64,000 nucleotides of DNA from Cetorhinus maximus (lineage: Eukaryota). This document shows, in pieces, positions 1 through 11,260 of this stretch. A program made the position numbers and the translations under genes. The DNA lies in NCBI RefSeq assembly GCF_964194155.1, contig NC_135892.1, positions 3,472,001 through 3,536,000 of the forward strand, read 5' to 3'. The notes beneath the pieces were generated by a model. The model searched no databases and was not told where the DNA came from. It saw only the letters and a list, made by a program, of their open reading frames with translations. The first letter of the stretch is position 1. Every line of letters begins with the position of its first letter.

Positions 1-186
1 CACATACACACACACACATACACTCTCAGACACACACACACACACTCACTCTCACACATGCATTCACATGCTCACTCACACAGACTCACTCACTCACACA
101 GACTCACTCACTCACACAGACTCACTCACTCACACAGACTCACTCACTCACATAGACTCACTCACTCACACAGACTCACTCACTCA
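1..186. repeat. (CA)n microsatellite grading into an 18-bp tandem repeat (CTCACTCACTCACACAGA)n
   Basis: Directly visible; it produces the HSHRLT-repeat ORF at 58..246. Confidence 0.95.
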
Positions 187-757
187 CCACCCGGGTATAC
201 AAGGTTTGGACATTTTGCTGTAAGGAGTAATATGGGAGTGGGGTGAAGGTGCCAAGATGCACTTCCTCACTCCCCCATGTCTGAGACTCCAGTTGCCCCA
301 GTCTGCGGCGGGGAAGGGGGCAGGGGGGCAGGCGTGCACTGTTACTGTGACTGCTGTTCCTTGTGCCCTCCCTGGCCCGCTCTGCCACCTTGACCCCCTG
401 TGCTCCTTTAAGGGACTGGCACCTGTGCAGGAGGGTGAGAGAGAGAGAACATGGCCAAAGGTGGAGAGAGGGTGCACCATGGCTGTGAGAACAAAAGAGA
501 AGCCACTTACCTTCACACTATTCGCTGCTCTCCCAATTGCAGACGGTTTCTCTCCTGCATTTGCTGCTGGTAGGCTCACTGGTGTTAAGCAGAATGCAAT
601 GAAAAGGATTATAAATTAAATCATAGCTAATGCAAATAACACTATACATTCCACCATTGTGGGAATCCAATACAATGCCCCAGGTCATCATCCTCCGCCA
701 TTTCCGCCAACTCCAGCATGATGCCACCACCAAACACATCTTCCCTTCACCCCCCCA

Positions 758-1258
758 ATGGCATTCCATAGGGATCGTTCCCTCCGGGACACCCTGGTCC
801 ACTCCTCCATCACCCCCTACTCCTCAACCCCCACTTATGGCACCTCCCCATGCCCACGCAGAAGATGCAACACCTGCCCCTTCACTTCCTCTCTCCTCAC
901 CATCCAAGGGCCCAAACACTCCTTTCAAGTGAAGCAGCATTTCAGTTGCATTTCCCCAAACTTAGTCTACTGCATTCGTTGCTCCCAATGCGGTCTCCTC
1001 TACATTGGAGAGACCAAACGCAAACTGGGCGACCGTTTTGCGGAACACCTGCGGTCTGTCCGCAAGAAAGACCCAAACCTCCCTGTCGCTTGCCATTTTA
1101 ACACTCCACCCTGTTCTCTTGCCCACATGTCTGTCCTTGGCTTGCTGCATTGTTCCAGTGAAGCCCAACGCAAACTGGAGGAACAGCACCTCATCTTCCG
1201 ACTAGTCACTTTACAGCCCTCTGGGCTGAATATTGAATTCAACAACTTTAGATCTTAA
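758..1258 (+). pseudogene. Penelope GIY-YIG endonuclease domain, uninterrupted but truncated from its RT
   Basis: VY...YIGET motif, conserved R and the H-F-N and G-L-N C-terminal motifs; no upstream RT in this copy. Confidence 0.9.
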
Positions 1259-1637
1259 ACTCCCCCTCCCCCCATCCCCACCCCGTTTCTTCCCCCCCCC
1301 CCCCCCCGCTTTTTTTTTCAATAATTTATATAGATTCTTCTTTTCCCACCTATTTCCATTATTTTTAAATCTAAAACTAAAACCTTTAGCCTTTCCACCC
1401 CACCCCCACTAGAGCTGTACTTTGAATATCCTGTCTTCCATTCTTAATTAGCACTTTTCTTAGACAAATATCACCACCTTCAACACCTCTTTGATCCTTT
1501 TGTCTGTGCCATCTTTTGATTATCTGCTCCTATCACTGCTTGCTTATCTCCACAACCACCCCACCCTCAACTTCTCTCTCCCCCCGCCCCCCCCCACCTT
1601 AGACCAGCTTATATTTCACCCCTCTCCTAACTATACT

Positions 1638-1678
1638 CAGTTCTGCCGAAGGGTCATGAAGGCTCGAAACGTTAACTG
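1638..1678 (+). ncRNA. Degenerate minimal type-I hammerhead ribozyme in the Penelope pLTR
   Basis: cagtt-CTGCCGA-A-GGGTC-atgaa-GGCTC-GAAAC-GTT-aactg. Helices I and II pair, but the core reads CUGCCGA instead of CUGANGA. Confidence 0.65.
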
Positions 1679-1989
1679 ATTTCTTCTCCACCGATGCTGC
1701 CAGACCTGCTGAGTTTTTCCAGGTAATTCTGTTTTTGTTTTGCCCCAGGTCATACTTCTGTTTCACTCCTTACAGCTCTTATACCTAAAGGCAAACCTGA
1801 TAGACAATTAGCTGGCACTAAACCAAATGAGCCGCTCTCATGAATATGGAGTTTGTCACCTCTCTAGTAGTAAGAAATTCCATGCATTTTAATATCTTAT
1901 TCACAGATGGCTGGCAGTCAAATGTTATTTATTGCGGAAACCGAATGTTATGGTCCCTTGTGTAAAATGTCACTTCAAAGACATTTCAC

Positions 1990-3570
1990 AGGGCCAGTTT
2001 GCAGGTGATACATGCAGTGTGCAAACATCATGCTGCCTGTTCATTATTTGGACAGGCGGCCCAGTGCCCAATGCACTGGCTCCGAGCTCAGCAAGTGTTC
2101 CAGGTGCATGTAAGGTCAGTACAAGTTCAATGTGACCTGCACTTCTTAAAGGAGAGGTGCATTCTGGTTACATCAGGGGTTGGAATCTGTTCCCAAGTGT
2201 TTCTTACAAGGAATACGATGAGGCGATGGAGCAGCAGGCCAGAGAAAGGGCTCCCATTTTCCCTGATGTGGCGCCGGAGGCACTAGTTCGGGAATTGGGA
2301 AGGAGGAGAGTCATCATTTTTCTGCAGAGAGTCAGGAGGATCTTGGAAGGGAGGTCAATTCAAAGAGTCCTGCCCTGAGGACCTGCCTCAGATCCATAAC
2401 AGTGGATCCAGCTGTGACGCAGTTGTGATGGCTGACGTCTCAGCTCCCATTGTAGCACCCAATGCCTCAGAGCTGCAGCGGGAGCTCAGACTGAGGTCTC
2501 GAAATCCATGCCTGCTGCCACACTTGGCTCAGACTGGTGCCGCCATGGCTGTGGGTACCAGTGCTCAAAGGGGATTTCATGGCAGCCCAGCAATCCCTCT
2601 CCCAGGTCATTATTAGGGTTGTTGAGGCACCACCCGTGGGACAGTGGATCTGTAGTATGAGAACCCACTGTTCTCTCTCAGGATGACAGCATTCGTGTTC
2701 TCACCAATGCTACTCAGCCAGTGTCCCTGCTAATGCCTCTCAGACAGCCAGTCCAGGCTGCAATCACCCATACCCCGATGATGCAGCCCAAACCCTGACG
2801 CTTAAGGTGTCCTACAAGGATATCTGCAGTCTCCCCACTGAAAGTCAGCAGCCTTTCACCAGACATGCTGCAAAAAATGAGGTAGCACCGTGTTGGAGCA
2901 TCAGGTGAGGCAAATGCACCCATAGGACAGGGATTAAAGGAATGCTCAAGAGGTGACTCATTCAGTTTTGGATGTATTATTAGAAGTGTTGTGCAATAGA
3001 GTTGTTACAGAATGTTTTTTTTGGGGGATATGTGGAGTTCGCAGAGCCATGTGCATGTAGTTGGCTGCTCCCTGACCTACTAGCAGTCCTGCTATCCTGG
3101 CAAAGCCAGGCTTCCTCCTCGTGCATAGGGCCTCTGTGACGCACGGTGAACTGCGAGGTCTTGGCAATTTCACTGGCTCCAGCCTTGAAATGATCCTGAG
3201 GTGTAGAAACTGAAGGTGATGGTCACCTTGACAGCCAGTGGCAGTGCCATCCTGGCTCGGTTCTGCCACCGCAGGCCTGGCTGGAGGAGCTGACACCACC
3301 TCTTCTGTGAAGTGTAGCTGCTTCAGCCACAATCCTGGCTGAGGTGAATGTAGCAGTGTTCTCTGAAGACCCTAGCTGGGCACAGCTTTCTGTTGAGAGC
3401 CCCTTCCTCCCTCTGTGCACAGATCCCCCCTCTCTGCTGCTGTGCTCCATCTCCCCGTCGCGCTGCAGACCATGAGGGTCGGCAACTGTAGCCTCCAGGA
3501 GAGAGAGAGCGAGCTGTCAAACTCCATGGAACTCCGTGCAAAAGTCCTGTACCACTCCCTTCTGACTCCA
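1990..3570. mobile_element. Decayed PIF/Harbinger transposon: Myb/SANT-like ORF on + and DDE transposase remnant on -
   Basis: + strand from 2226: MEQQARERAPIFPDVAPEALVRELGRRR. - strand ~3030-3570 across frames: RVFREHCYIHLS, LHFTEEVV, ALPLAVKVTITFSFYTSGSFQ, GFARIAG..GQGAANYMHMALR (HARBI1-like GAIDCTHV). Termini not identified. Confidence 0.8.
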
Positions 3571-4286
3571 ATAACTTCTTAACATTTTTATATAAGAGAA
3601 AAGTTTTTATTAGATATGTAGCATTTTGGACATGATTGCATACAATATCCGATATTTCAAAATATGTCTTTTACATTCTAAATAAATTTTTAAACATACA
3701 CATTTTCTCTTACTGCCCCATCTTCATCATTTTCTCATTATCCTCTGAACGTCTTAATAACCTGGAGCAGCACCAGGCAGTTCTGAAGATGGTCTGCACC
3801 ATAGCCTCTGGCACAACAAGTATAAAGAGGAGTGCTCAAGCTTGACCAATAGCACAGCATCTGTTGTCAGTGTACAGCTAGAAAAGTATTTTTAAAATAT
3901 GTTATCATGCTGAGGTCAAGGCAAACAATGGGTTTCTCCTGGAAGGGTTAGATATTCGGTAATATGGGAACACAAGTAAGAGTATAAAACTCAATAAAAT
4001 GTTTAAAGTGTAAGGTGAAGTACACAAGTTGACACCTTCAGTAAAAATTTTGAACAAAAGATTGTCAAGTAAAAATTAGAATTGCTTATCCATTACTAAC
4101 ACCAACAGTATTTTATTAAATTTTATTACTTCTCTTAATCTGTCAAAAAAGGTTTATATTCTCTTGCTAGAAATGAAATTACAGTAATACAGTAATTATT
4201 TAAAAAGAAAGCAATATGAAAATGTGATGTGCAGAAAGTGCTGAGTGGCTGCCTCCTGTCTGTTGAATAAACTCTTATTGATGATT

Positions 4287-5716
4287 CATGTTTAAGAAGG
4301 GAGTGAGGCAAAAGGCAAGAAATTACAAGCTGATTAGCCTGACTTCGGTCGTTGGTAAGATTTTAGAGTCCATTATTAAGGATGAGATTTCAGAATACTT
4401 GGAAGTGCATGGTAAAATAGGGCAAAGTCAGCATGGTTTCATCGAGGGGAGGTCATGCCTGACAAATCTGTTAGAATTCTTTGAGGAGGTAACGAGTAGG
4501 TTAGACAAAGGAGAGCCAATGGATGTTATCTACTTGGACTTCCTGAAGGCCTTTGACACGATGCCGCACAGGAGGCTGCTCAGTAAGTTAAGAGCCCATG
4601 GTGTTAGAGGCAAGGTACTAGCATGGATAGAAGATTGGCTGTCTGGCAGGAGGCAGAGAGTGGGGATAAGGGGTCCTTCTCAGGATGGCGGCCGGTGACT
4701 AGTGGAGTTCCGCAGGGGTCAGTGTTGGGACCACAACTTTTCACTTTATACATTAATGATCTAGATGAAGGAACTGAGGGCATCCTGGCTAAGTTTGCAG
4801 TTGATACAAAGATAGGTGGAGGGACAGGTAGTATTGAGGAGGCGGGGAGGCTGCAGAAGGATTTGGACAGGTTAGGAGAATGGGCAGATGGAATACAACG
4901 TGGGGAAGTGTGAGGTCATGCACTTTGGTAGGAAGAATAGAGGCATAGACTATTTTCTAAGTGGGGAGAGAATTCAGAAATCTGGAGTACAAAGGAACTT
5001 GGGAGCCCTAGTCCAGGATTCTCTAAAGGTTAACTTGCAGGTTGAGTCGTTAGTTAGGAAGGCAAATGCAATGTTGGCATTTATTTCGAGAGGACTAGAA
5101 TATAAAAGCAGGGATGTGTTGCTGAGGATTTATAAGGCTCTGGTCAGACCACACTTAGAATATTGTGAGTAATTTTGGCCGCCGTACTTCAGGAAGGATG
5201 TTCTGGCCCTGGAGAGGGTCCAGAGGAGGTTCACAAGAACGATCCCAGGAATGAAAGGCTTAACATATGAGGAACGTTTGAGGACTCTGGGTCTATACTC
5301 GATAGGGTTTAGAAGGATGAGGGGGGATCTGATTGAAACTTACAGAATACTGAAAGGCCTGGATAGAGTGGACGTGGGGAAGATGTTTCCATTAGTAGAA
5401 GAGACTAGGACCCGAGGGCACAGCCTCAGAGTAAAGGGAAGACCTTTTAGAACAGAGATGAGGAGAAACTTCTTTAGCCAGAGAGTGGCGAATCTATGGA
5501 ATTCATTGCCACAGAAGGCTGTGGAGGCCAGGTCATTGAGTGTATTTAAGACCAAGATAGATAGGTACTTGATTGGTAAGGGGATCAAAGGTTACGGGGA
5601 GAAGGCGGGAGAATGGGGTTGAAAAACTTATCAGCCATGATTGAATGGCAGAGCAGACTCGATGGGCCGAATAGCCTAATTTCTGCTCCTATGTCTTAGG
5701 GTCTTATGGTCTTATG
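4287..5716 (+). mobile_element. 5'-truncated CR1 (HER1-like) LINE, RT region
   Basis: Frameshifted RT ORFs ([37 protein letters not shown]); tail gtcttaggggtcttatggtcttatg. Confidence 0.95.
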
Positions 5717-6002
5717 TCATTACTGACATTTCTCAGTGCATGTTGACTGCTCAAACACAGATGCTCCATCTGGTAACAAAGACACCTCAACAAAGCATGC
5801 GTAAATAAACAACTTTCTAAGTTATTGAGCATAATCAGGCACTGTGGCTCACTCTGCAAAACTTCAATGATCCACGACACGCAAGCATATTGTAGGAAAA
5901 TTATAATATACACGACAAAAAGAGGCCATTCAAGCCTCCTCTCACCTTTCCTCATCTAAACCTATCATTGTAACCCTCTGATCCCTTCTCTGCTTGTCCA
6001 GC

Positions 6003-6640
6003 ATTCATAGGATGTGTGCCCCTCTGGCTAGGCCAGCATTCATTGGCTATCCCTAATTGCCCTTGTTTAGAGACATTTGAGAACTAAGCACATTGCTGTG
6101 GGTCTGGATGGAGGTGTCAGCTGTGGCTCAGTTCATAGCACCCTTGCCTTTGAATCAGAGGGTTGTGGGTTCATGTCCCACTCCTGGAAACCAAGAACTG
6201 TGATTGTACTCAAAAGAGTTGCAATCTGTGACTGTTGATAACTCGAAAGAATTTGCTGTGGGTCTGGATGGAGGTGTCAGCTGTGGCTCAGTTCATAGCA
6301 CCCTCGCCTTTGAATCAGAGGGTTGTGGGTTCGTGTCCCACTCCTGGAAACCAAGAACTGTGATTGTACTCTAAAGAGTTGCAATCTGTGACTGTTGATA
6401 ACTTGAAAGAGTTGCTGTGGGTCTGGAGTCACATGTAGGCCAGACTAGGTAAGGACAGTATGTTTCCTTCCCTAAAGTGGATTAGATGGGTTTTTACAAC
6501 AATCAGCAATGGTTTCACGGTCATCAGACTTTTAACTCACCATCTACAGTGGTGGGATTTGAACCCAGGACACTAGAGTATTACCCTGGGTTACTAGATT
6601 ACCAGCCCAGTGACAATACCACTATGCCACCACCTACCCA
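6003..6640 (-). mobile_element. tRNA-headed SINE sharing its 3' tail with the L2/Crack-like LINE; interrupted by a duplicated insert
   Basis: Tail gggcaattaggga..aatgctggcc on -; head ggtggtggcatagtggtattgtcac. Homologous to 55945-56277 and 61850-62170. Confidence 0.75.
6093..6427 (+). repeat. Tandem duplication of a ~160-bp unit containing a tRNA-like SINE head
   Basis: TTGCTGTGGGTCTGGA at 6093, 6253 and 6412, with two near-identical units between. Confidence 0.9.
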
Positions 6641-6659
6641 TGCATGCAGCTATACCAGA

Positions 6660-6915
6660 CACTTCAATCTGTTGTAGCGAGTTCCACATTCTCACCACCC
6701 TTTGAGTGAAGAAGTTTCTTCTGAATCCTCTATCGGATTTCATGGTGGCTATCTTACATTGACGGTCGCTAGTGTTGCTCTTCCCCACAAGAGGAAACAT
6801 TCTCCCCACATCCATTTGATCAAAACCTTTCATAATTTTAAAAACCATTATTAGGTCACCCCCTCAGCCTTTTTTTCTAGAGTAAAAAGGCCCAGCCTGT
6901 CAATCCTTTCCTCAA
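6660..6915 (-). mobile_element. Old CR1 LINE 3' fragment
   Basis: ORF 6594..6848: FKIMKGFD..RNFFTQRVVRMWNSL. Confidence 0.85.
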
Positions 6916-7879
6916 AAGTACACCTTTAACACCATTCCAACCGTAACTTTATTTATGTCCAACTTTGGTAACGCCAAAACTACAGTGACAGGGATGGTGA
7001 AGGAAAGCCAGTTTAACACCAGGGCAAAGCTTGGTTATTTAAAATAAATGCCTGGGCCCAGTATTGAAGAAAATAATTTCCACCTTAGATAACAGCAAGC
7101 CATATTCCATGTTAGGAAAATGAAAAGTTTTAGGAAGCTGCAATTTAATAGCTTATTTGATATGTATCCATGGGGAGCAGGCATTACAAAGTAACTGTAA
7201 CCCTGACACACTCTCATTCCACCTCAAAGGTGTCTGCAACTAGTAGTGCTCAAGAAAAATGGCTCCCAGAGCCTCCCAGCCACTGTCCAACGTGCTGTCA
7301 TCTTCCAATCCTTATTATACTTTTCTAGTTCTGGTTTTTTCATAGCCTGTTACAGGGTAAAATGCTCACTGTAAAAAGCTGGCAATTGGCACGCATGGAT
7401 ACTGCAGCCGCACAACAATTGGTTGATACTTCTTTGCTATAATTAACTGGTTCATTTTCACTGAAATCACACATCTTGGAACCTTTTTGTTGTTAAGGTT
7501 TATGATTGGTTTGAAAAATCAGATCGCACTTGAACTCATCAGTTTTTTTTAAAAAAAAGAAATTGAGGCCAAGGCTTCTGTTAATCCTCCTTCTAAAATA
7601 ATTTATATGAATCCCCAATCTAAACAGGAGATGACGGTTTTTAATCCAAAACCAGGACATGGTGCTGGCAGTACCTCAGGGGCTTTTAATGATGAAATTA
7701 TGATATTAATATCTAGGGCTTGGAGAACTTGATAGTAATTATATTTACCATTATATTGGATGATATTGGGCTGTAAGTGAACTATTCCAGTGTTCCTATG
7801 TCCAGGGATCTCTCCCCATCTCAAATCTCTTTAATGAAACCCTCCATTTATTACACACAGAGCCCACTAGCTGACTTAT

Positions 7880-8195
7880 TTTTCATTCTTTCATGGGATG
7901 TGGGCATCACTGGCTGGGCCAGCATTCATTGACCATCCCTAATTGCCCTTGAGAAGGTGGTGGTGAGCTGCATTCTTGAACCACTACAGTCCATGTGGTG
8001 TAGGTACACCCACAGTGCTGTTAGGGAGGGAGCTCCAGGATTTTGACCCAGCGACAGTGAAAGAACAGTGATATATTTCCAAGTCAAGATGGTGTGTGGC
8101 TTTGAGGGGAACTGGAGTAGTGGTGTTCCCATGTACCTGCTGCCCTTGTCCTTCTAGAGGCGGTAGAGGCCATGGGTTTGGGAGGTGCTGCTGAA
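7880..8195 (-). mobile_element. L2/Crack-like LINE 3' fragment
   Basis: Same 3' end (caagggcaattagggatgg..aatgctggccc) as copies at 32945, 42830, 44233 and 56730. Confidence 0.8.
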
Positions 8196-9168
8196 GGTTT
8201 CATCGTCGACAGCGGGAAATCCTCAGACATCCGAAATGCCCTGGCTGAAATTGAGGGTGTTGTTTGAGCTAGCTGGTAGGAGTTGCAGACAATGTTTGTT
8301 CCTTCTCTAACCCCAACCCCACCCCTCCACCAATCACACCCTATCCCCCTCCAGCGCCCACACCACCCGCTGCCTTCACTGGTTCCTCTGCAAATCTTTT
8401 TGGGAAAGATGCATGGAGCTGCAGGGGGAGTTAGCTTTCCATCTAAGCTCTGCCTATTGCCTGGGAGGTTCTTCCCAGGGAGCAGGTTGGGTGGGTGGGG
8501 TGTGGAGGGGAAAGGTTTGGGGAACTGCCTCAAACACATGTCTACAGCAGTCACAGAATAGTAGAGGAACCACTGTTCGAGTATTGAATGAGAGACACAG
8601 AGACCAAATGGGACATATCAAAAATAGTACCGGGGAAACTTGGCTGAGAGTGGCATTGGTGCTTTGAAGTACTCTTGATGGATATTTGCTTCGTTTCCAT
8701 GAATGACGCCCTTGATTGCCTGCGCCACACCGGTCTCTCACAAGGCTTTCAACTCCTGAATCTCCCCCACCCCCATACCTCCTCCGATAGCATTTCAGCT
8801 GCAAAAGGCATTTTACTCCAGAAAGTGTAATGAATTCCAACTGAGGTTGAGCATTCATTCCGAATTCAGGAGTGACTTCTTCGAAACAAGAAACCTCGAA
8901 TAGGCTGAGGTTAAACACAAGCAAGTGGAGGCGGGGAAAGTTTCAGCGGATAGAATGGGCGCCAAGTGCTGTGTGTCCACTGGAGATGCAAGAGTGATGG
9001 CATGCGCTCAGTGAGCCAAATGGCCTCCTTCTGTGTTGTTCTGACTCTGTGACAATATTCTGGAGAAGCCTGGATCCCTATTTCCAGTCCTGTCTGGCGT
9101 TTAATATTCCAGTGGGTCAGATTGGAGTGCTGGGTACATTTTTTTTAAATGAAATTCAGCATGAATAT

Positions 9169-10680
9169 TTAGGAACATAGGAACAGAAGGCCATTCAGCC
9201 CATCGATCCTGCTCCACTATTCAATAAGATCATGGCTGATTGAACACGTCAATGCCTTTTATCCACACTATCCTCATAACTCTTTACGTAATTGTTAATC
9301 AGAAATCTGTCAATTGCTACCCAGAGGGCTATGGAAGCTCAGTCATTGAGCATATTTAGAGAATTCCAAAGATTCACATCCCTCTGAATGAAGAAATTTC
9401 TCCTCATCTCGGTCTTAAGTGGCTTCTCCCTTATTTTGAAATTGTGTCCCCTGATTCTAGACTCCCAACCAGGGGAAACATCTTACCTGCACCTAGCTTG
9501 TCTATTCCTTTAAGTATTTGTTAGGTTTCAATGAGATCACCTCTCACTCTTCGAAACTCTAGAGAATACAGGCCCAGTTTCCCCAATCACTCTTCATAAG
9601 ACAGTCCTGCCATCCCCGGAACAAGTCTGGTGAACCTTCTTTGCACTCCCTCTATTGCAATAATATCCTTTCTGAGGTAAGGGGACCAAAACTGCACACA
9701 GTACTCCAGGTGCAGTCTAACCAAGCTTCTATACAATTGAAACAAAACTTCACTATTCCTGTACTCAAATCCTCTTGCGATAAAGGCTAACATTCCGTTA
9801 GCTTCCTAATTACCTGCTGCCCCTGCATGTTAGCTTTCAGTGACTTATGGACAAGGACACCCAGGTCCCTTCGTACATCTGCACTTTCTAATCTCTTACC
9901 ATTTAGGAAATACTCTGCACATCTGTTCCTTCTACCAAGGTGGATAACTTCACATTTTTCCACATTATATTCCATCTGCCATGTTCTTGCCCACTCACCA
10001 AGTCTGCCCAAATCCTGCCACTTTATCTTCCTCACAACACACATTCCCACCTGGCTTTGTATCATCTGCGAACTTGGAAATATTACATTTGGTCCCCACA
10101 TCCAAACATTGATATATATTGTGAACAGCTGGGGCCCAAATACTGATCCTTGCAGAACCCCACTAGTCACAGCCTGTCAAAATGAGAATGACCAGTTTAT
10201 TCTTACTCTCTGCTTTCTGCCTGTTAACCAATCCTTAATCCTTGCCTCCTGTCCCATGTGTCTTTACTTTGATAATCAACCTCCTGTGGGGGATTTAATC
10301 AAAAGCCTTCTGAAAATCCAAGTATACTGCATCCATCGATTCTCCTTGATGAATTTTGTTAGTACTGCCTCAAAAAACTCCAACAAGTTCATCAAACACG
10401 ATTTCCCAATCGCAGATCCATGCTGACTAGTCTAATCGGATCATGATTATCCAAGTATCTATTTTTCCCATCCTTTATAACAGATTCTACCATTTTTCCT
10501 ACAACTGATGCAAGGCTAACAGGTCTGTCGTTCCCGGTTTTCTCTCTCCCTCCCTTCTTAAATAGCGGGGTGACCCTTGCTACCTCCCAATCTTCAGGAA
10601 CCATTCCAGAATCCATAAAGAATTTTGGAAAATGATCACCAATGCGTCCACTTTGTAGCAACCTCTTCACACACTCTGGG
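9169..10680 (-). mobile_element. 5'-truncated CR1 LINE
   Basis: RT fragments VPEDWEVARVTPLFKKG, SGVLQGSVFGP, LEYCVQFWSPY on -; 3' UTR with ggaacatagg tail. Confidence 0.93.
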
Positions 10681-10729
10681 ACTTGTACTGAGGTATTTGA
10701 AACAATGCAGTCAATAGCTATTTTAAAAC

Positions 10730-11260
10730 CTATCGTGAAATAAGCCGAGCTCGAAGTTCGACCTTCGCGCGTCTCCGGCGCTTTTAGAATCGTTTTACAT
10801 CGGTGTAGCCTTTAGTTTTGTTAAAACAAAGGAAGAGGGCTGTATCTATCGAACCTCTGCACGGACAGTTTTAAAACCTATGATTCAAGGCGGTGTAGAG
10901 TTGAGTGGATGACGCAGGGCTGTAGGTAATTCGCTGACAATTATTCATTCCCCAGGTCCTGGCATTTAAGGAACAAGCAGTGAGAGAGAGGGGGAGAGAG
11001 AGAGACACAGCCTAGCAGCCGCACTGCACACCACACACACCACACATATATACAGTCTGCTGTCCGCGGTGCCTCTTATCACCCTGAGCTTAGCCTGCCT
11101 CAGATTGCTGGCTGCTTAAAGAGGGGGATAAGTGTGGAGGCGGAGGGGAGGGGGGCAGGGTACACAGGGGGAGGAGGAAGGGGGGAAATACAGGGGGGAA
11201 TCTTCTTTGAAATCTTGTTTCAAAAACAGGGGGGAGGGAAGTGGAACATTTTGGACAGAG
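10730..11260 (+). promoter_or_regulatory. Putative SSTR4 promoter/5' UTR region
   Basis: CpG-enriched stretch, TGACG half-CRE near 10910, GA/CA repeats and an RE1-like motif at 11056-11076 (-). TSS unknown. Confidence 0.5.

Larger units (their letters stand above)
689..1740 (+). mobile_element. 5'-truncated Penelope-like element (GIY-YIG endonuclease region plus 3' pLTR)
   Basis: ORF 758..1258 has C-x4-C-x2-C followed by NLVYCIRCSQCGLLYIGET...RFAEH...PVACHFN...LQPSGLN. Perfect 13-bp TSD TGCCCCAGGTCAT at 676-688 and 1741-1753. Confidence 0.93.

Noticed and set aside
6110-6190. tRNA-like sequences (also ~12755, 14420, 55950)
   Set aside because: A/B-box-like motifs without a full cloverleaf; SINE heads or, at ~12755, an isolated B box.
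8195-8930. Unique sequence with several 80-156 aa ORFs upstream of SSTR4
   Set aside because: No recognisable domain, codon bias or splice structure; nothing supportable.
11132-11260. 43-aa extension of the SSTR4 ORF
   Set aside because: GTG start in a G-rich 5' region; the first in-frame ATG is at 11261.
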